In this document: piece by piece, positions 9,608 to 19,574 of the stretch
How the letters are laid out: the number at the start of each line of letters is the position of its first letter
Position numbering within the stretch: position 1 is the stretch's first letter
IMG/VR virus record: IMGVR_UViG_3300032242_000738
Span: 1-64,000 of that record
Strand: one strand, 5' to 3'
Length of the DNA stretch: 64,000 bases
Source: a virus
Position numbers and translations under genes: made by a program
The notes under the pieces: generated by a model
What the model was told of the DNA's origin: nothing
The model's database searches: none
Seen by the model: only the letters and a program-made list of their open reading frames with translations

Positions 9608-10197
9608 TGGCAACTAAAAAGACTACTCCAATTGATGAGAAATTTGTAGCGCAAGACTTTGACTTGTTTGATGCACTTACTGCTATGGACAAGAAAGACT
9701 ATGGTTATTATGATAGGTTAAGTGAAGAACAACAAAAGAAGTTTGTACCCTACATGATGACACATTGGATGAGTGCTATTAAGGGCGATGGAGCTGTTCA
9801 AGATTATTATTTGCGTAGTGTAGACTATCATGCCAATAAACATTTGTTTAATGAATATGTACAGAAACATCCCAAATTGCAATGGTATATGTTATGTGCA
9901 AGTAGTCCGGGACTAGGCAAACAATTTCATCAATGGATCCCGCATTTAGGTAGCAAAATAACATCATTAAAAGAACCTGCTAAAACAAAAGAAATAAAAG
10001 AATATTATACTAAGATTTATCCTAAGGTAGATAGTGATGATATTGATGAGATAGCAAAGGCTTTTGTACAAGAACACAAACGCAAATGTTATTTGGCAGA
10101 ACTATATCCCAATTGTAAACAATCAGACATTGAAATTCTCAGTCAATTAGTAACTGAAGAAGATATCAAGCAATATGAAAAAGACCGAGGAAATTGA
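9607..10197 (+). CDS. gp62: clamp loader small subunit (gp62-like)
   Basis: KKFVPYMMTHWMS...HPKLQWYML...KQFHQWI pattern. Confidence 0.65.
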   Translation: MATKKTTPIDEKFVAQDFDLFDALTAMDKKDYGYYDRLSEEQQKKFVPYMMTHWMSAIKGDGAVQDYYLRSVDYHANKHLFNEYVQKHPKLQWYMLCASSPGLGKQFHQWIPHLGSKITSLKEPAKTKEIKEYYTKIYPKVDSDDIDEIAKAFVQEHKRKCYLAELYPNCKQSDIEILSQLVTEEDIKQYEKDRGN

Positions 10198-10873
10198 TAA
10201 CAAACAGTGTTGCGAGTTTTGTAAAGCAGTGTTCCAACGTGAAAGTACAATACTTAAACATATATGTGAACCCAAACGTAGATGGTTAGAGCGTGACCGT
10301 CAGGGTAATCGTGTGGGTTTCCAAGCTTGGTTACAGTTCTATAAGAAGAATACTGCAGGTACAAAGAATCGCACATATGAAGAATTTATCAAGAATCCCT
10401 ATTATCTTGCCTTCATTAAGTTTGGTAACTATTGTGTAGATATCAAGTGTATCAACGTAAGTAGATTTAGTGATTGGTTATTAAAGAATAGTATACGTAT
10501 TGATAATTGGCGACAAGATAGTAACTATACAAGGTTCTTATGTGAATATTTGCGTACTGAAGATCCATTAGATGCAATACATCGTAGTATAGAAACTACC
10601 ATAGAAAAAGCAGAAGCTGAACATATTCAAAGTAGAGATTACTTACGTTATGGTAATGTAAACAACATATGTTATGAGATTGCCAGAGGAAGAATCAGTC
10701 CATGGTTATTGTATCAGAGTACTAGTGGTGTAGAGTTCTTAAGTACATTACGTGATGACCAGCAACGAATGATTATGGATTATATTAATCCAGAGCAATG
10801 GGCATTGAAGTTTAATCGTGATAGTGATAGTGTGAAACAAGTTAAGGAATTATTGAATGCCGGCGGGTACTAA
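10175..10873 (+). CDS. hypothetical protein with N-terminal zinc finger
   Basis: CEFC...KHIC. Confidence 0.7.
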   Translation: MKKTEEIDNKQCCEFCKAVFQRESTILKHICEPKRRWLERDRQGNRVGFQAWLQFYKKNTAGTKNRTYEEFIKNPYYLAFIKFGNYCVDIKCINVSRFSDWLLKNSIRIDNWRQDSNYTRFLCEYLRTEDPLDAIHRSIETTIEKAEAEHIQSRDYLRYGNVNNICYEIARGRISPWLLYQSTSGVEFLSTLRDDQQRMIMDYINPEQWALKFNRDSDSVKQVKELLNAGGY

Positions 10874-11054
10874 AGTTCGTATAGGATGGCAAATAGATTT
10901 CCAATATAATAATTGGAATGAAATTTGTGTTTGGGCCATAGAAAAGTTTGGCTTACCGGGTGATAAATTTGAGACACATGCAACAGAAGAATACATGGAT
11001 TTTTATTTTATAAATGAACGTGATGCTATCTTATTTGAGTTGACTTGGGGATGA
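10857..11054 (+). CDS. small FxLRW-family paralogue 1
   Basis: ends DAILFELTWG. Confidence 0.65.
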   Translation: MPAGTKVRIGWQIDFQYNNWNEICVWAIEKFGLPGDKFETHATEEYMDFYFINERDAILFELTWG

Positions 11055-11266
11055 AACAAGTAACACTGTACATTGATGCTAAAAGAACTATGGAAATAGG
11101 TAATGAGTTACGTACTAGTGGTTGGATCCAAGGTGTTGATTTTGATTATGCTTATTTTAGAACTGAACATGACAATTTCAGCTACGATCCCGTAGTAAGA
11201 CGACATGCAGTATTTACATTTTACAATGATAGTAATGCTAGTTATTTCATGTTGAGGTATGGATGA
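11051..11266 (+). CDS. small FxLRW-family paralogue 2
   Basis: ATGA coupling; ends NASYFMLRYG. Confidence 0.65.
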   Translation: MKQVTLYIDAKRTMEIGNELRTSGWIQGVDFDYAYFRTEHDNFSYDPVVRRHAVFTFYNDSNASYFMLRYG

Positions 11267-11475
11267 GCGATTTACCTTATACTATAATTACTAAGAAACT
11301 TGACCATGATGCAGAAGAATGGTGTAGGGATAACATAGGAGAACGATGGTTTGCTGTGGGTAGAAAGACAGGTAATTGGACATGTTTTTGGGCAGGAAGA
11401 GATGATCCTAAAAGTTATCGTTGGCACTTTAGAAATGAAAAAGATGCTTTTTTCTTTGCGTTGAGATGGCAATGA
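11263..11475 (+). CDS. small FxLRW-family paralogue 3
   Basis: EWC..NIG; ends DAFFFALRWQ. Confidence 0.7.
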   Translation: MSDLPYTIITKKLDHDAEEWCRDNIGERWFAVGRKTGNWTCFWAGRDDPKSYRWHFRNEKDAFFFALRWQ

Positions 11476-11720
11476 TACTTAAAATTGAAGATGGTACAGT
11501 GTACGGTGAACACTATTATTGTGTTTCACTCTCACGTGGTTCAAACGAAGTAATACTCTGGGATGATATTTCAAAATGGTGTGTAGATACATTTGGTCCT
11601 AGTGGTACGGAAGATAGACCCGGAGCATGGACTCCGTATGAACGTTGGTATATAAATAATGCCAGGTATTGGTTTAAAGATAAAAAAGATTTAGAGTGGT
11701 TCAGTCTACGATGGCAGTAA
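11472..11720 (+). CDS. small FxLRW-family paralogue 4
   Basis: KWCVDTFG; ends DLEWFSLRWQ. Confidence 0.7.
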   Translation: MILKIEDGTVYGEHYYCVSLSRGSNEVILWDDISKWCVDTFGPSGTEDRPGAWTPYERWYINNARYWFKDKKDLEWFSLRWQ

Positions 11721-11953
11721 TATTTCAACATTACGACAATAATGTTGGTTGGGAGAACACTAAGCCGGGCTGGCATGAATGTTCAGTCAGAGCGGAACAC
11801 ATTGACAAATACGTTGAAATACTAGATTGGGTAGAACAGCACGTAGGTAAATACACAAGACATTGCAGATGGTGTGTGACTGATACCAGTATAGCAAGTT
11901 TTAAATTTAGATATGAACGTGATTATATCATGTTTACATTGAGGTGGTCATGA
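11711..11953 (+). CDS. small FxLRW-family paralogue 5
   Basis: DWVEQHVG; ends DYIMFTLRWS. Confidence 0.7.
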   Translation: MAVIFQHYDNNVGWENTKPGWHECSVRAEHIDKYVEILDWVEQHVGKYTRHCRWCVTDTSIASFKFRYERDYIMFTLRWS

Positions 11954-12177
11954 CCTATCCTGTATTCAATACAGAATTAAACTTACCGGCATACACCTCA
12001 CATAATTGGACTGAAGTTCAACAATGGTGTAATGATAATATAGGTCCATGGAATGAATCTTGGTATAAATTGGGTATGGATCCAGCTGTCGGAATATTTT
12101 CTGATGTTAAATACCGTGACACATATCTTTTTAAGAACGAACATGATAGACTATTGTTTATATTGAGGTGGAGTTGA
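11950..12177 (+). CDS. small FxLRW-family paralogue 6
   Basis: QWCNDNIG; ends DRLLFILRWS. Confidence 0.7.
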   Translation: MTYPVFNTELNLPAYTSHNWTEVQQWCNDNIGPWNESWYKLGMDPAVGIFSDVKYRDTYLFKNEHDRLLFILRWS

Positions 12178-12443
12178 TGGCGTCAATACCCCATATACAA
12201 GACTATGATGACGATGATCCAGAAATAGAAAGACGAAAGAATCGTTGGAACTATTGGGAAGCATTGAAGAAAGTTCGCAAAGAATATATGCAACAGAACA
12301 GTGAGTTTGATGCATATGACTTTGAAGATTATCTTGTAGGACAATATGGCATAAAGATGAACATAGTTAATGGTAACATCACTGATGGTTATGAGATAGT
12401 TAATGAAAAGAAATACTTAATATTTTTACTGAAATTCCAATGA
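12177..12443 (+). CDS. small protein, divergent member of the same array
   Basis: ends EKKYLIFLLKFQ. Confidence 0.6.
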   Translation: MASIPHIQDYDDDDPEIERRKNRWNYWEALKKVRKEYMQQNSEFDAYDFEDYLVGQYGIKMNIVNGNITDGYEIVNEKKYLIFLLKFQ

Positions 12444-12796
12444 GCAACTTATTTCCCATAACCTCTTTACAAAACGATAAATTTCTAGTATCATGGCCTA
12501 AATGGGAAAACATTAAAAGATTTGATACAAAGAAAAAACTATTAGATGTGTTATTTGACGATATCGGTAGTAGTGAAGTTGGTATCGCAATATTAGCCGG
12601 AATACTAAGCGGTGGTGAAGTAGATGTTATGTGGATAAAATCAAATACTTGGTCACAGGATACATACGGAGAATATGCTAGATACCTAGAAGATATGTAT
12701 GATATTAAAGGTGTAGCATTTAATAGTTTAGATGAAGCAACAAGATTTCAAGATTACTTAGAAAAGAAATATATTTGGAAAACATTACAGGGATAA
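12440..12796 (+). CDS. hypothetical protein
   Basis: 118-aa coupled ORF. Confidence 0.6.
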   Translation: MSNLFPITSLQNDKFLVSWPKWENIKRFDTKKKLLDVLFDDIGSSEVGIAILAGILSGGEVDVMWIKSNTWSQDTYGEYARYLEDMYDIKGVAFNSLDEATRFQDYLEKKYIWKTLQG

Positions 12797-12797
12797 T

Positions 12798-13361
12798 ATG
12801 GCAAACCACATTATGATAGATATTGAAAGTTTGGACACAACACCCAATTGTGTTATACTAACCATTGGTGCAGTACGTTTTGATCCTAAAGGTAGTGGTG
12901 TAGTTGAACGATTGGAACTACGTCCTACAGTTGAGGATCAAACAGAGATTTACAATAGAAGTATCAATGAAGATACATTACGTTGGTGGAGTGAGCAGAG
13001 CCCTGAAGCACTTGAAGAAGCATTGGGAGACAATGGACGCATGCCATTAAAAGACTGCATGGAGATACTTTATAAGTTTTGTTGGAACCGTGATGCTGTG
13101 TGGAGTAATGGTGCAAGCTTTGATGTGGTTGTGATGGAAAATGCATTCAGACAAACAAGTGATAAGCCTAATCCAATACCCTGGCCTTTTTGGACAATTA
13201 GAGATACAAGAACTATTTACGACATTACAGGCGTAAAACTTAAAGATGGTGGGCATAGTACAAGTCATAAAGCAGTTGAAGATGCCGAAAGACAAGCAAT
13301 TGTTGTGCAAAAAGCATATACTAAACTTATTAAAGCAGAATTGGTAGCACCAGCAAAATGA
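12798..13361 (+). CDS. DEDDh 3'-5' exonuclease
   Basis: HIMIDIESL, WSNGASFD, RDTRT, HKAVEDA. Confidence 0.85.
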   Translation: MANHIMIDIESLDTTPNCVILTIGAVRFDPKGSGVVERLELRPTVEDQTEIYNRSINEDTLRWWSEQSPEALEEALGDNGRMPLKDCMEILYKFCWNRDAVWSNGASFDVVVMENAFRQTSDKPNPIPWPFWTIRDTRTIYDITGVKLKDGGHSTSHKAVEDAERQAIVVQKAYTKLIKAELVAPAK

Positions 13362-13921
13362 GAATTGATAGTGACATTGATATAGATTTCGGTGACAGAG
13401 ATACTTTGTTAAGAGTAATACCGCATACCAGAGCGGCTATGCGTAATGTTAAACCTATACGTAATCATGCTACTGGTGTTTATATTACTGATATACCATA
13501 TGATCCGGTGAATAACATAGCAAGTATTGATTATACTGACGCAGAAAAGCGTGGGTATTTTAAACTAGATTTATTGAATGTTCACGTTTATAATCAAGTC
13601 CGTGATGAACAACATTTACTAGAATTAATGCGTGAACCTGATTGGGGTAAGTTGAAAGATCCAGTTTTTGTAGAGAAACTAATACATTTGAACAATCAGT
13701 ATTATAATCTACAAAAGATGCCAGAACCAGTAAATAGTATCCCAAGGTTAGCTATGTTTCTAGCTGTTATTCGCCCCGGTAAAAAGCATCTGATTGGGGA
13801 ACGATGGACTGATATTGCTAAAACAGTATGGGATAAGGGAACTGACGGATATACTTTTAAGAAGTCGCATGCCATAAGTTATTCATGGCTTGTTGCAGTT
13901 CATATGAATCTATTAGGGTAA
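13358..13921 (+). CDS. miniature DnaE (Pol III alpha)-like catalytic fragment
   Basis: SDIDIDF, HATGVY, GYFKLDLL, AVIRPG, YTFKKSHAISY. Confidence 0.8.
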   Translation: MRIDSDIDIDFGDRDTLLRVIPHTRAAMRNVKPIRNHATGVYITDIPYDPVNNIASIDYTDAEKRGYFKLDLLNVHVYNQVRDEQHLLELMREPDWGKLKDPVFVEKLIHLNNQYYNLQKMPEPVNSIPRLAMFLAVIRPGKKHLIGERWTDIAKTVWDKGTDGYTFKKSHAISYSWLVAVHMNLLG

Positions 13922-14293
13922 GCGTTTAACCAGTGTAATGCTACGGCGTTTGCTTCTACGTTTGTTTAATTCAATGATACTACAAACAGGACCATGTAGT
14001 ATTGTGAGACTTTTGTTATTGAATGTTCTAAGATAAGGTTTAAAGATACTCCATTCGTCTTTTAAGAATAGATTTATGGGTATTAATCTATTACTTTCCC
14101 ACCACCAAACGTCTCCTAGTTCTAAGAATTTCTCTTTAATAGTATTATCTATAATAGATCCATAGTCATATATAGTGGTGACTATATCGTCACGGTTTTG
14201 GACAATACCCACATAATCTTGATTTGCATAGGAACAAATGGTTATGAAAGGGTGATTTTCGCTTAGGCGTTTAAAAAACTCGTTTTGTATCAT
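13913..14293 (-). CDS. hypothetical protein
   Basis: 126-aa ORF with GATAAATA late box on minus strand at 14314-14321. Confidence 0.7.
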   Translation of the reverse strand: MIQNEFFKRLSENHPFITICSYANQDYVGIVQNRDDIVTTIYDYGSIIDNTIKEKFLELGDVWWWESNRLIPINLFLKDEWSIFKPYLRTFNNKSLTILHGPVCSIIELNKRRSKRRSITLVKRLP

Positions 14294-14387
14294 TAAAAAT
14301 ATAGTCTCGGATATATTTATCGGGCAAATAAACCCATTAATAAATTAATATTATCCATGACTAAATATACAATAGGAGACTACATTT

Positions 14388-15155
14388 GTGTACTCAACCC
14401 AAGTTTTTGTTTATACACAACGTCAGATTGTTGTATTATTATCAGGATATTCGCCAAGGAGTTATATGCCTCAGTATGCCAAGCCATTGACACTACACAA
14501 GGGTGTAGATAACATGATCCAGTTCCAGTTTTTAAACCAGGAACAAAAGCCAGTAAATATTACAGGCAAATCCATTGTATGTAGGATTATTAATTATACA
14601 GGAAACGAAGTGTTATTACAAAAAGTATTAACATTACAATTACCAGTTACTGGCATTGCAGCATTAATTCTTGGACCAGCTGATATAGACGGATTTGATG
14701 CACAGAAATGTTACTATTCATTAGAAATTCCAGTCAATGAGTTTGATTTCCCTGTATTTGTAGACCAAAATGCAGGTGCACGCGGTGATATTAATATTGT
14801 TAATAGTATCCTTCCAAGCTTTGTCCCTTCAATGCCAGTAACCATTCCTACTGGACAACGTTTTCCTAATAGTAATAGTAATGGAAATAGTGATAGCAAT
14901 TTAATATATTACACAAGTGTAATTAGTACAAATGATAGTAGTATACTAACCTTACAAGCACAATATAGTGATTATTATGGTAATATAGCTATTGAAGGTT
15001 CTACAATTGTAGATGGAGATTGGTATCCTATATTTGCTGACACATATGACGAAGTAACCGACACAAAAGGATATGTGGTAAAAGGATTTCATCCATATAT
15101 TAGGATGCAATTTGAAAGTAATGCCGGTGCTGTAACAAACATATTGGTAAGATAA
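14388..15155 (+). CDS. probable virion structural protein
   Basis: GTG start with AGGAG SD; CTAAATA at 14361; beta-rich. Confidence 0.6.
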   Translation: MYSTQVFVYTQRQIVVLLSGYSPRSYMPQYAKPLTLHKGVDNMIQFQFLNQEQKPVNITGKSIVCRIINYTGNEVLLQKVLTLQLPVTGIAALILGPADIDGFDAQKCYYSLEIPVNEFDFPVFVDQNAGARGDINIVNSILPSFVPSMPVTIPTGQRFPNSNSNGNSDSNLIYYTSVISTNDSSILTLQAQYSDYYGNIAIEGSTIVDGDWYPIFADTYDEVTDTKGYVVKGFHPYIRMQFESNAGAVTNILVR

Positions 15156-15207
15156 ACAACCATAGTTGTTGATATCATTGTTATAGTATGTTATACTACT
15201 ACTACTA

Positions 15208-16182
15208 ATGTTTGATATTTTATCTATAATTCCCGGCAAAAAGAAAACAACAACTAGCGGATGGCATAGTTTTAATGCCATATGTTGTAGCCATTTAGGT
15301 CATAAACCCGATCGTAGAATGCGTGGTGGTATTAAGTTTGATGGACAAACTAATTGGTCAATGCATTGTTTCAACTGTGGGTATAAATGTAACTTTGTAT
15401 TAGGACGTAGTATCAGCTATAAAACTAAACAATTATTGTTATGGTGTGGTATTGATGATACACAAATAGGCAAGTGGAGTTTAGAAAGCCTACAACAAAA
15501 AGACTTATTAGATATTGTAATTCAAAAGAAAACTAAAATAAAAATTAAATTCAAAGATCATGAATTACCAGAAGGTATAATGCTTGATGGAAATAACCCA
15601 ACACACAAAGTGTACATTGATTATGTGCAAGCGAGGGGGATAAATTATAATGAGTATCCGTTCTTGATAACACCTAATCTACCCGGTCGTTATGCAAATA
15701 GAATAATCATCCCCTATACATATAAGAATAAAATCGTTGGTCACACCAGTAGATTCTTAGATAACAAAATACCTAAATATATTAATGAACAACAGCCTGG
15801 ATACGTGTTCAATATTGATATACAGAAACCTGAATGGCAGGTATGTATATTAACTGAAGGTATCTTTGATGCATTAAGCATTGATGGTATAGCAATTATG
15901 CATGATGACATAAGCAATGAACAAGCACAATTAATTGCATCATTAAATAAACAAATTATTGTTGTACCAGATAGAGATAAAACTGGGTTAAAGTTATGTG
16001 ATAGAGCTTTAGAGTTGGGCTATAGTGTTAGTTTACCTAATTGGGAACCGGGTATTAAGGACGTTAACGATGCTGTTGTGAGATATGGTAAGTTACCTAC
16101 ACTATTAAGTATCTTGCAAAATGCTACAATGAGTAAAATTAAAATAGAAATGCAGAGGAAGAAAATTGAGAAAACAATCTAA
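15208..16182 (+). CDS. gp61: DNA primase (gp61-like)
   Basis: Zn motif HCFNCG; TOPRIM TEGIFDALS, VPDRD, KDVND. Confidence 0.85.
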   Translation: MFDILSIIPGKKKTTTSGWHSFNAICCSHLGHKPDRRMRGGIKFDGQTNWSMHCFNCGYKCNFVLGRSISYKTKQLLLWCGIDDTQIGKWSLESLQQKDLLDIVIQKKTKIKIKFKDHELPEGIMLDGNNPTHKVYIDYVQARGINYNEYPFLITPNLPGRYANRIIIPYTYKNKIVGHTSRFLDNKIPKYINEQQPGYVFNIDIQKPEWQVCILTEGIFDALSIDGIAIMHDDISNEQAQLIASLNKQIIVVPDRDKTGLKLCDRALELGYSVSLPNWEPGIKDVNDAVVRYGKLPTLLSILQNATMSKIKIEMQRKKIEKTI

Positions 16183-17605
16183 TAATAAAGAATATACCGT
16201 TGAAATGCAGAAGTTGTTTCTGCAAATGATGATTACCAACGCAGAACTTTATACTAGAGTTATGAACATTATGAACAGTGAAAACTTTGATAAGAGTTTA
16301 AGACCAGTTGCAGAATTGTTTAAAGAGCATACAACAAAGTATAGTGTACTGCCGGATAGCACACAAATTAAAGCAATTACTGGACAAGATATTGAAGTGA
16401 TACCTGAACTAGTACAAGGACATTATGATTGGTTCTTTGAGGAATTTGAAAGTTTTACTAGGCGACAGGAACTAGAACGCGCTATTCTTAAATCAGCCGA
16501 CTTACTAGAAAAGGGTGAGTTTGAACCTGTTGAGAAACTAATCAAGGATGCTGTACAAATCAGTTTACAGAAAGACATGGGTACAGACTATTTCTTAGAT
16601 CCAGCTGGTCGTATTAACAAATACTTCAATAGTGGTGGACAAGTAAGTACAGGTTGGCCCCAGCTTGACAAGATATTATATGGTGGCTTTAGTCGGGGTG
16701 AATTGAATATCTTTGCAGGTGGTAGTGGTTCAGGTAAGAGTTTAGTTATGATGAACATTGCATTGAATTGGTTGCAAACTGGGATGAGTGGTGTATATGT
16801 TACACTTGAATTGAGTGAAGAATTGACCAGTTTGCGTACAGATGCTATGTTAACTAATATGGGTACAAAAGACATTCGTAGAGATATTGGTTCAACTGAG
16901 CTTAAGGTTAAGATGGTTGGTAAGAAGTCAGGACAATATCGTGTTAAAGCATTACCCGCACAAAGCAATGTAAATGACATTCGTGCATATTTGAAAGAGG
17001 TACAGATACAAACAGGGATACGTATTGACTTTGTGATGATTGACTATTTGGATCTAGTTATGCCAGTTAGTGTTAAAGTTAATCCTAACGATCAATTTAT
17101 TAAAGACAAGTATGTTGCTGAAGAATTGCGTAATCTTGCAAAAGAGATGGGTATATTAATGGTAACAGCAAGTCAGTTGAATCGTACAGCGGTTGATGAA
17201 ATTGAGTTTGACCACAGTCATATTGCAGGTGGTATTAGTAAGATTAATACTGCTGATAATGTATTTGGTATCTTTACAAGTCGTAGTATGCGTGAACGTG
17301 GGAAGTATCAGATTCAATGTATGAAAAGTCGTAGTAGTACTGGTGTAGGACAGAAGATTGATTTAGATTATAATGTAGAAACTATGCGTATTAGTGATTC
17401 TGGTGGTGACGGTGAAGATAGTTATAGACCACAACCTAGTGCTACTGATATTATGAGTAAGTTAAAACCACAATCAGTATTACAATCTACAGAACCAATC
17501 ATTGACCAAACTACAGGAGAGATATTAGAACCTGAAAACAAGAAGGTTGTAGTAGATGTTCAGGGTTCAAAACTCAAAAGTTTACTTAATAGTTTAAAGA
17601 AATAA
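16166..17605 (+). CDS. gp41: replicative DnaB-like helicase (gp41-like)
   Basis: GGSGSGKS, LELSE, IDYLDL, TASQLNR. Confidence 0.9.
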   Translation: MRKQSNNKEYTVEMQKLFLQMMITNAELYTRVMNIMNSENFDKSLRPVAELFKEHTTKYSVLPDSTQIKAITGQDIEVIPELVQGHYDWFFEEFESFTRRQELERAILKSADLLEKGEFEPVEKLIKDAVQISLQKDMGTDYFLDPAGRINKYFNSGGQVSTGWPQLDKILYGGFSRGELNIFAGGSGSGKSLVMMNIALNWLQTGMSGVYVTLELSEELTSLRTDAMLTNMGTKDIRRDIGSTELKVKMVGKKSGQYRVKALPAQSNVNDIRAYLKEVQIQTGIRIDFVMIDYLDLVMPVSVKVNPNDQFIKDKYVAEELRNLAKEMGILMVTASQLNRTAVDEIEFDHSHIAGGISKINTADNVFGIFTSRSMRERGKYQIQCMKSRSSTGVGQKIDLDYNVETMRISDSGGDGEDSYRPQPSATDIMSKLKPQSVLQSTEPIIDQTTGEILEPENKKVVVDVQGSKLKSLLNSLKK

Positions 17606-17641
17606 AACCGTAATTTAGATAAATACTATTAGGAAATCATT

Positions 17642-17896
17642 ATGCAAAAACAAACTCGCAGCCTTCTGCAGGAATTGGAAGCTATCGGCAATAATCGTGA
17701 TACAAGTCATGTTATTGAGAGTAGAGCCCACAACATTATTACCAGTGCTATAAATTTGCTAGAGATGATTAATAGGAATTATCCTAAAGAGCAAGCAGAG
17801 ATATTAGAGAGAAAATTGCTTGGTGCAATTAAATCACGTGATCAGGGTAAGTTTTCTAAATCTATAAAGAAGAACAGCGACAAAGAACAGTTATGA
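17642..17896 (+). CDS. late hypothetical protein
   Basis: GATAAATA at 17618, SD AGGA. Confidence 0.7.
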   Translation: MQKQTRSLLQELEAIGNNRDTSHVIESRAHNIITSAINLLEMINRNYPKEQAEILERKLLGAIKSRDQGKFSKSIKKNSDKEQL

Positions 17897-19041
17897 ATTT
17901 ATCGGAAGCATTAGCCTTATTAAAATCTAAAATTGACAGTTTATCTATAAATGAAGATAAGGGTCATTTAGACCATCCAGAAGATTTAATCTTTTTAGGT
18001 GGAAGTGAGGGTGCTAATCGTGCCGTACAATCTATCGTTGCTACAGCTAAAAATCCAGCAACTGTTACAATTAAATGGGATGGATATCCTGCATTGATAT
18101 TTGGTCGTAATAGTTCAGGTAAGTTTAGTATTATGGACAAGCATATGTTCAATAAGAAAGATGGTACAGGACGTCAAGTATTCAGTCCAGAACAATTTGT
18201 ACAATATGACCAAGCACGTGGTGTAGAACGTGATAGTTTATGGCCTATTATTAATGAGATATGGCCTGGTTTAGAAAAAGCTAGTAAAGGTGCTAAAGGC
18301 TATTATTGGGGTGATTTGTTGTTCCATCAACCCTTAAAAGACCAAAATGGTAGTTATGTTTTTAAAGCTAATCCTAATGGCATTACTTATAAAGTAGATA
18401 GCAATAGTCCAATAGGACAACTGATAGGTGGAAAACGTGCTGGTATTGCAGTACATCAGTATATTGATCCTAATGCAATGACTACGGATGAAGCAACTAC
18501 ATTGAATGGAAATATAGGACAATTAAAGAATAATAGTGATGTAGCCATAGTTCCTAGTGCTATGCCAACAGCTCCTAAGCTTGCAGTAGATAATACATTA
18601 GTAAAAAATGCACAGAATGCTATAAAGAAATATGGTCCTGCAGTAGACCAATTGATGAATAGTGCACCTCAAGCACGTAATACGTTTAATCAATTGTTTA
18701 CTGTATATATTAACAAGAAGATTGTTGCAGGGGATTTGAACAATTTACTGGCTGGCTTTATGGATTTTGTACAGAATAGGCCAATGACTGATAGAATGAA
18801 AGCAAAGATAATTGAACATTTGCAAGCCAATGAAGCTGGACTAGTTGGTGCGTTTACTATCTGGAGTGAGATTTATAAACTAAAAATGTCATTGGTTAGT
18901 CAGCTTAATAAAGCCGCAGAAGTTAGTCCTGTTAAAGGATATTTACAAGATGGAACCGAGACACATGAAGGTTTTGTGGCAAATGGCTTAAAATTTGTGG
19001 ATAGAATGGGTTTCAGCCGTCAGAATTTAGCTGGAAGATAA
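17893..19041 (+). CDS. conserved phage protein with ligase-like nucleotidyltransferase motifs
   Basis: HLDHPED, IKWDG, GDLLF, HEGFV..GLKFVDR. Confidence 0.6.
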   Translation: MNLSEALALLKSKIDSLSINEDKGHLDHPEDLIFLGGSEGANRAVQSIVATAKNPATVTIKWDGYPALIFGRNSSGKFSIMDKHMFNKKDGTGRQVFSPEQFVQYDQARGVERDSLWPIINEIWPGLEKASKGAKGYYWGDLLFHQPLKDQNGSYVFKANPNGITYKVDSNSPIGQLIGGKRAGIAVHQYIDPNAMTTDEATTLNGNIGQLKNNSDVAIVPSAMPTAPKLAVDNTLVKNAQNAIKKYGPAVDQLMNSAPQARNTFNQLFTVYINKKIVAGDLNNLLAGFMDFVQNRPMTDRMKAKIIEHLQANEAGLVGAFTIWSEIYKLKMSLVSQLNKAAEVSPVKGYLQDGTETHEGFVANGLKFVDRMGFSRQNLAGR

Positions 19042-19120
19042 GCCCAAATCCTGGATTTTTTTGTGCCAGGCATAAATAATAGTAGAGCTATATGCTCACA
19101 AAACTTAAAGGAATTTTAAA

Positions 19121-19510
19121 ATGGCACAATTTACAAGAACACATGGTGACTATCAACCAGTAATGAACTTTGACGCTCCAGCTTACACAGTTGGTGCAGT
19201 TAACGCAGTAACATCAGGCGCAACAGTACAACCACAAGGTCCTAAGTTAGATTACTTCACAGTAACCGCAGCTTCAGGTACAGGTTTCAGTACTACACAA
19301 GTTAACTTGATGGTTCAAACAATTCAGCAATTAGCTACAATCTATATCTATGAGTACACAGATGCATCTACAGATACATTTGCTTTTGCGGCTTATCCAA
19401 CAGGCGCATGGACAACTACAGCATTAGATACACAGATTCAAGCCGCTTTCACGGCAGCTAGTGTTGCTAACGTTGTTGTTTCATCAGCTACAGCTACATT
19501 CACAAACTAA
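19121..19510 (+). CDS. probable abundant virion protein
   Basis: Late box 19071, strong SD, own terminator, A/T-rich composition. Confidence 0.6.
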   Translation: MAQFTRTHGDYQPVMNFDAPAYTVGAVNAVTSGATVQPQGPKLDYFTVTAASGTGFSTTQVNLMVQTIQQLATIYIYEYTDASTDTFAFAAYPTGAWTTTALDTQIQAAFTAASVANVVVSSATATFTN

Positions 19511-19529
19511 TCTAATTAGTTTATAAAGG

Positions 19530-19554
19530 ACCCGAGAATTTCTCGGGTTTTTTT
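19530..19554 (+). terminator. intrinsic terminator
   Basis: acccgaga-att-tctcgggt then T run. Confidence 0.85.
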
Positions 19555-19574
19555 ACGGATGTTAAATAGTGTAT

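Noticed and set aside
13358-13921. DnaE fragments as pseudogenes or split-intein halves
   Set aside because: Clean ORFs with retained catalytic motifs and expression signals; no intein sequence at either junction
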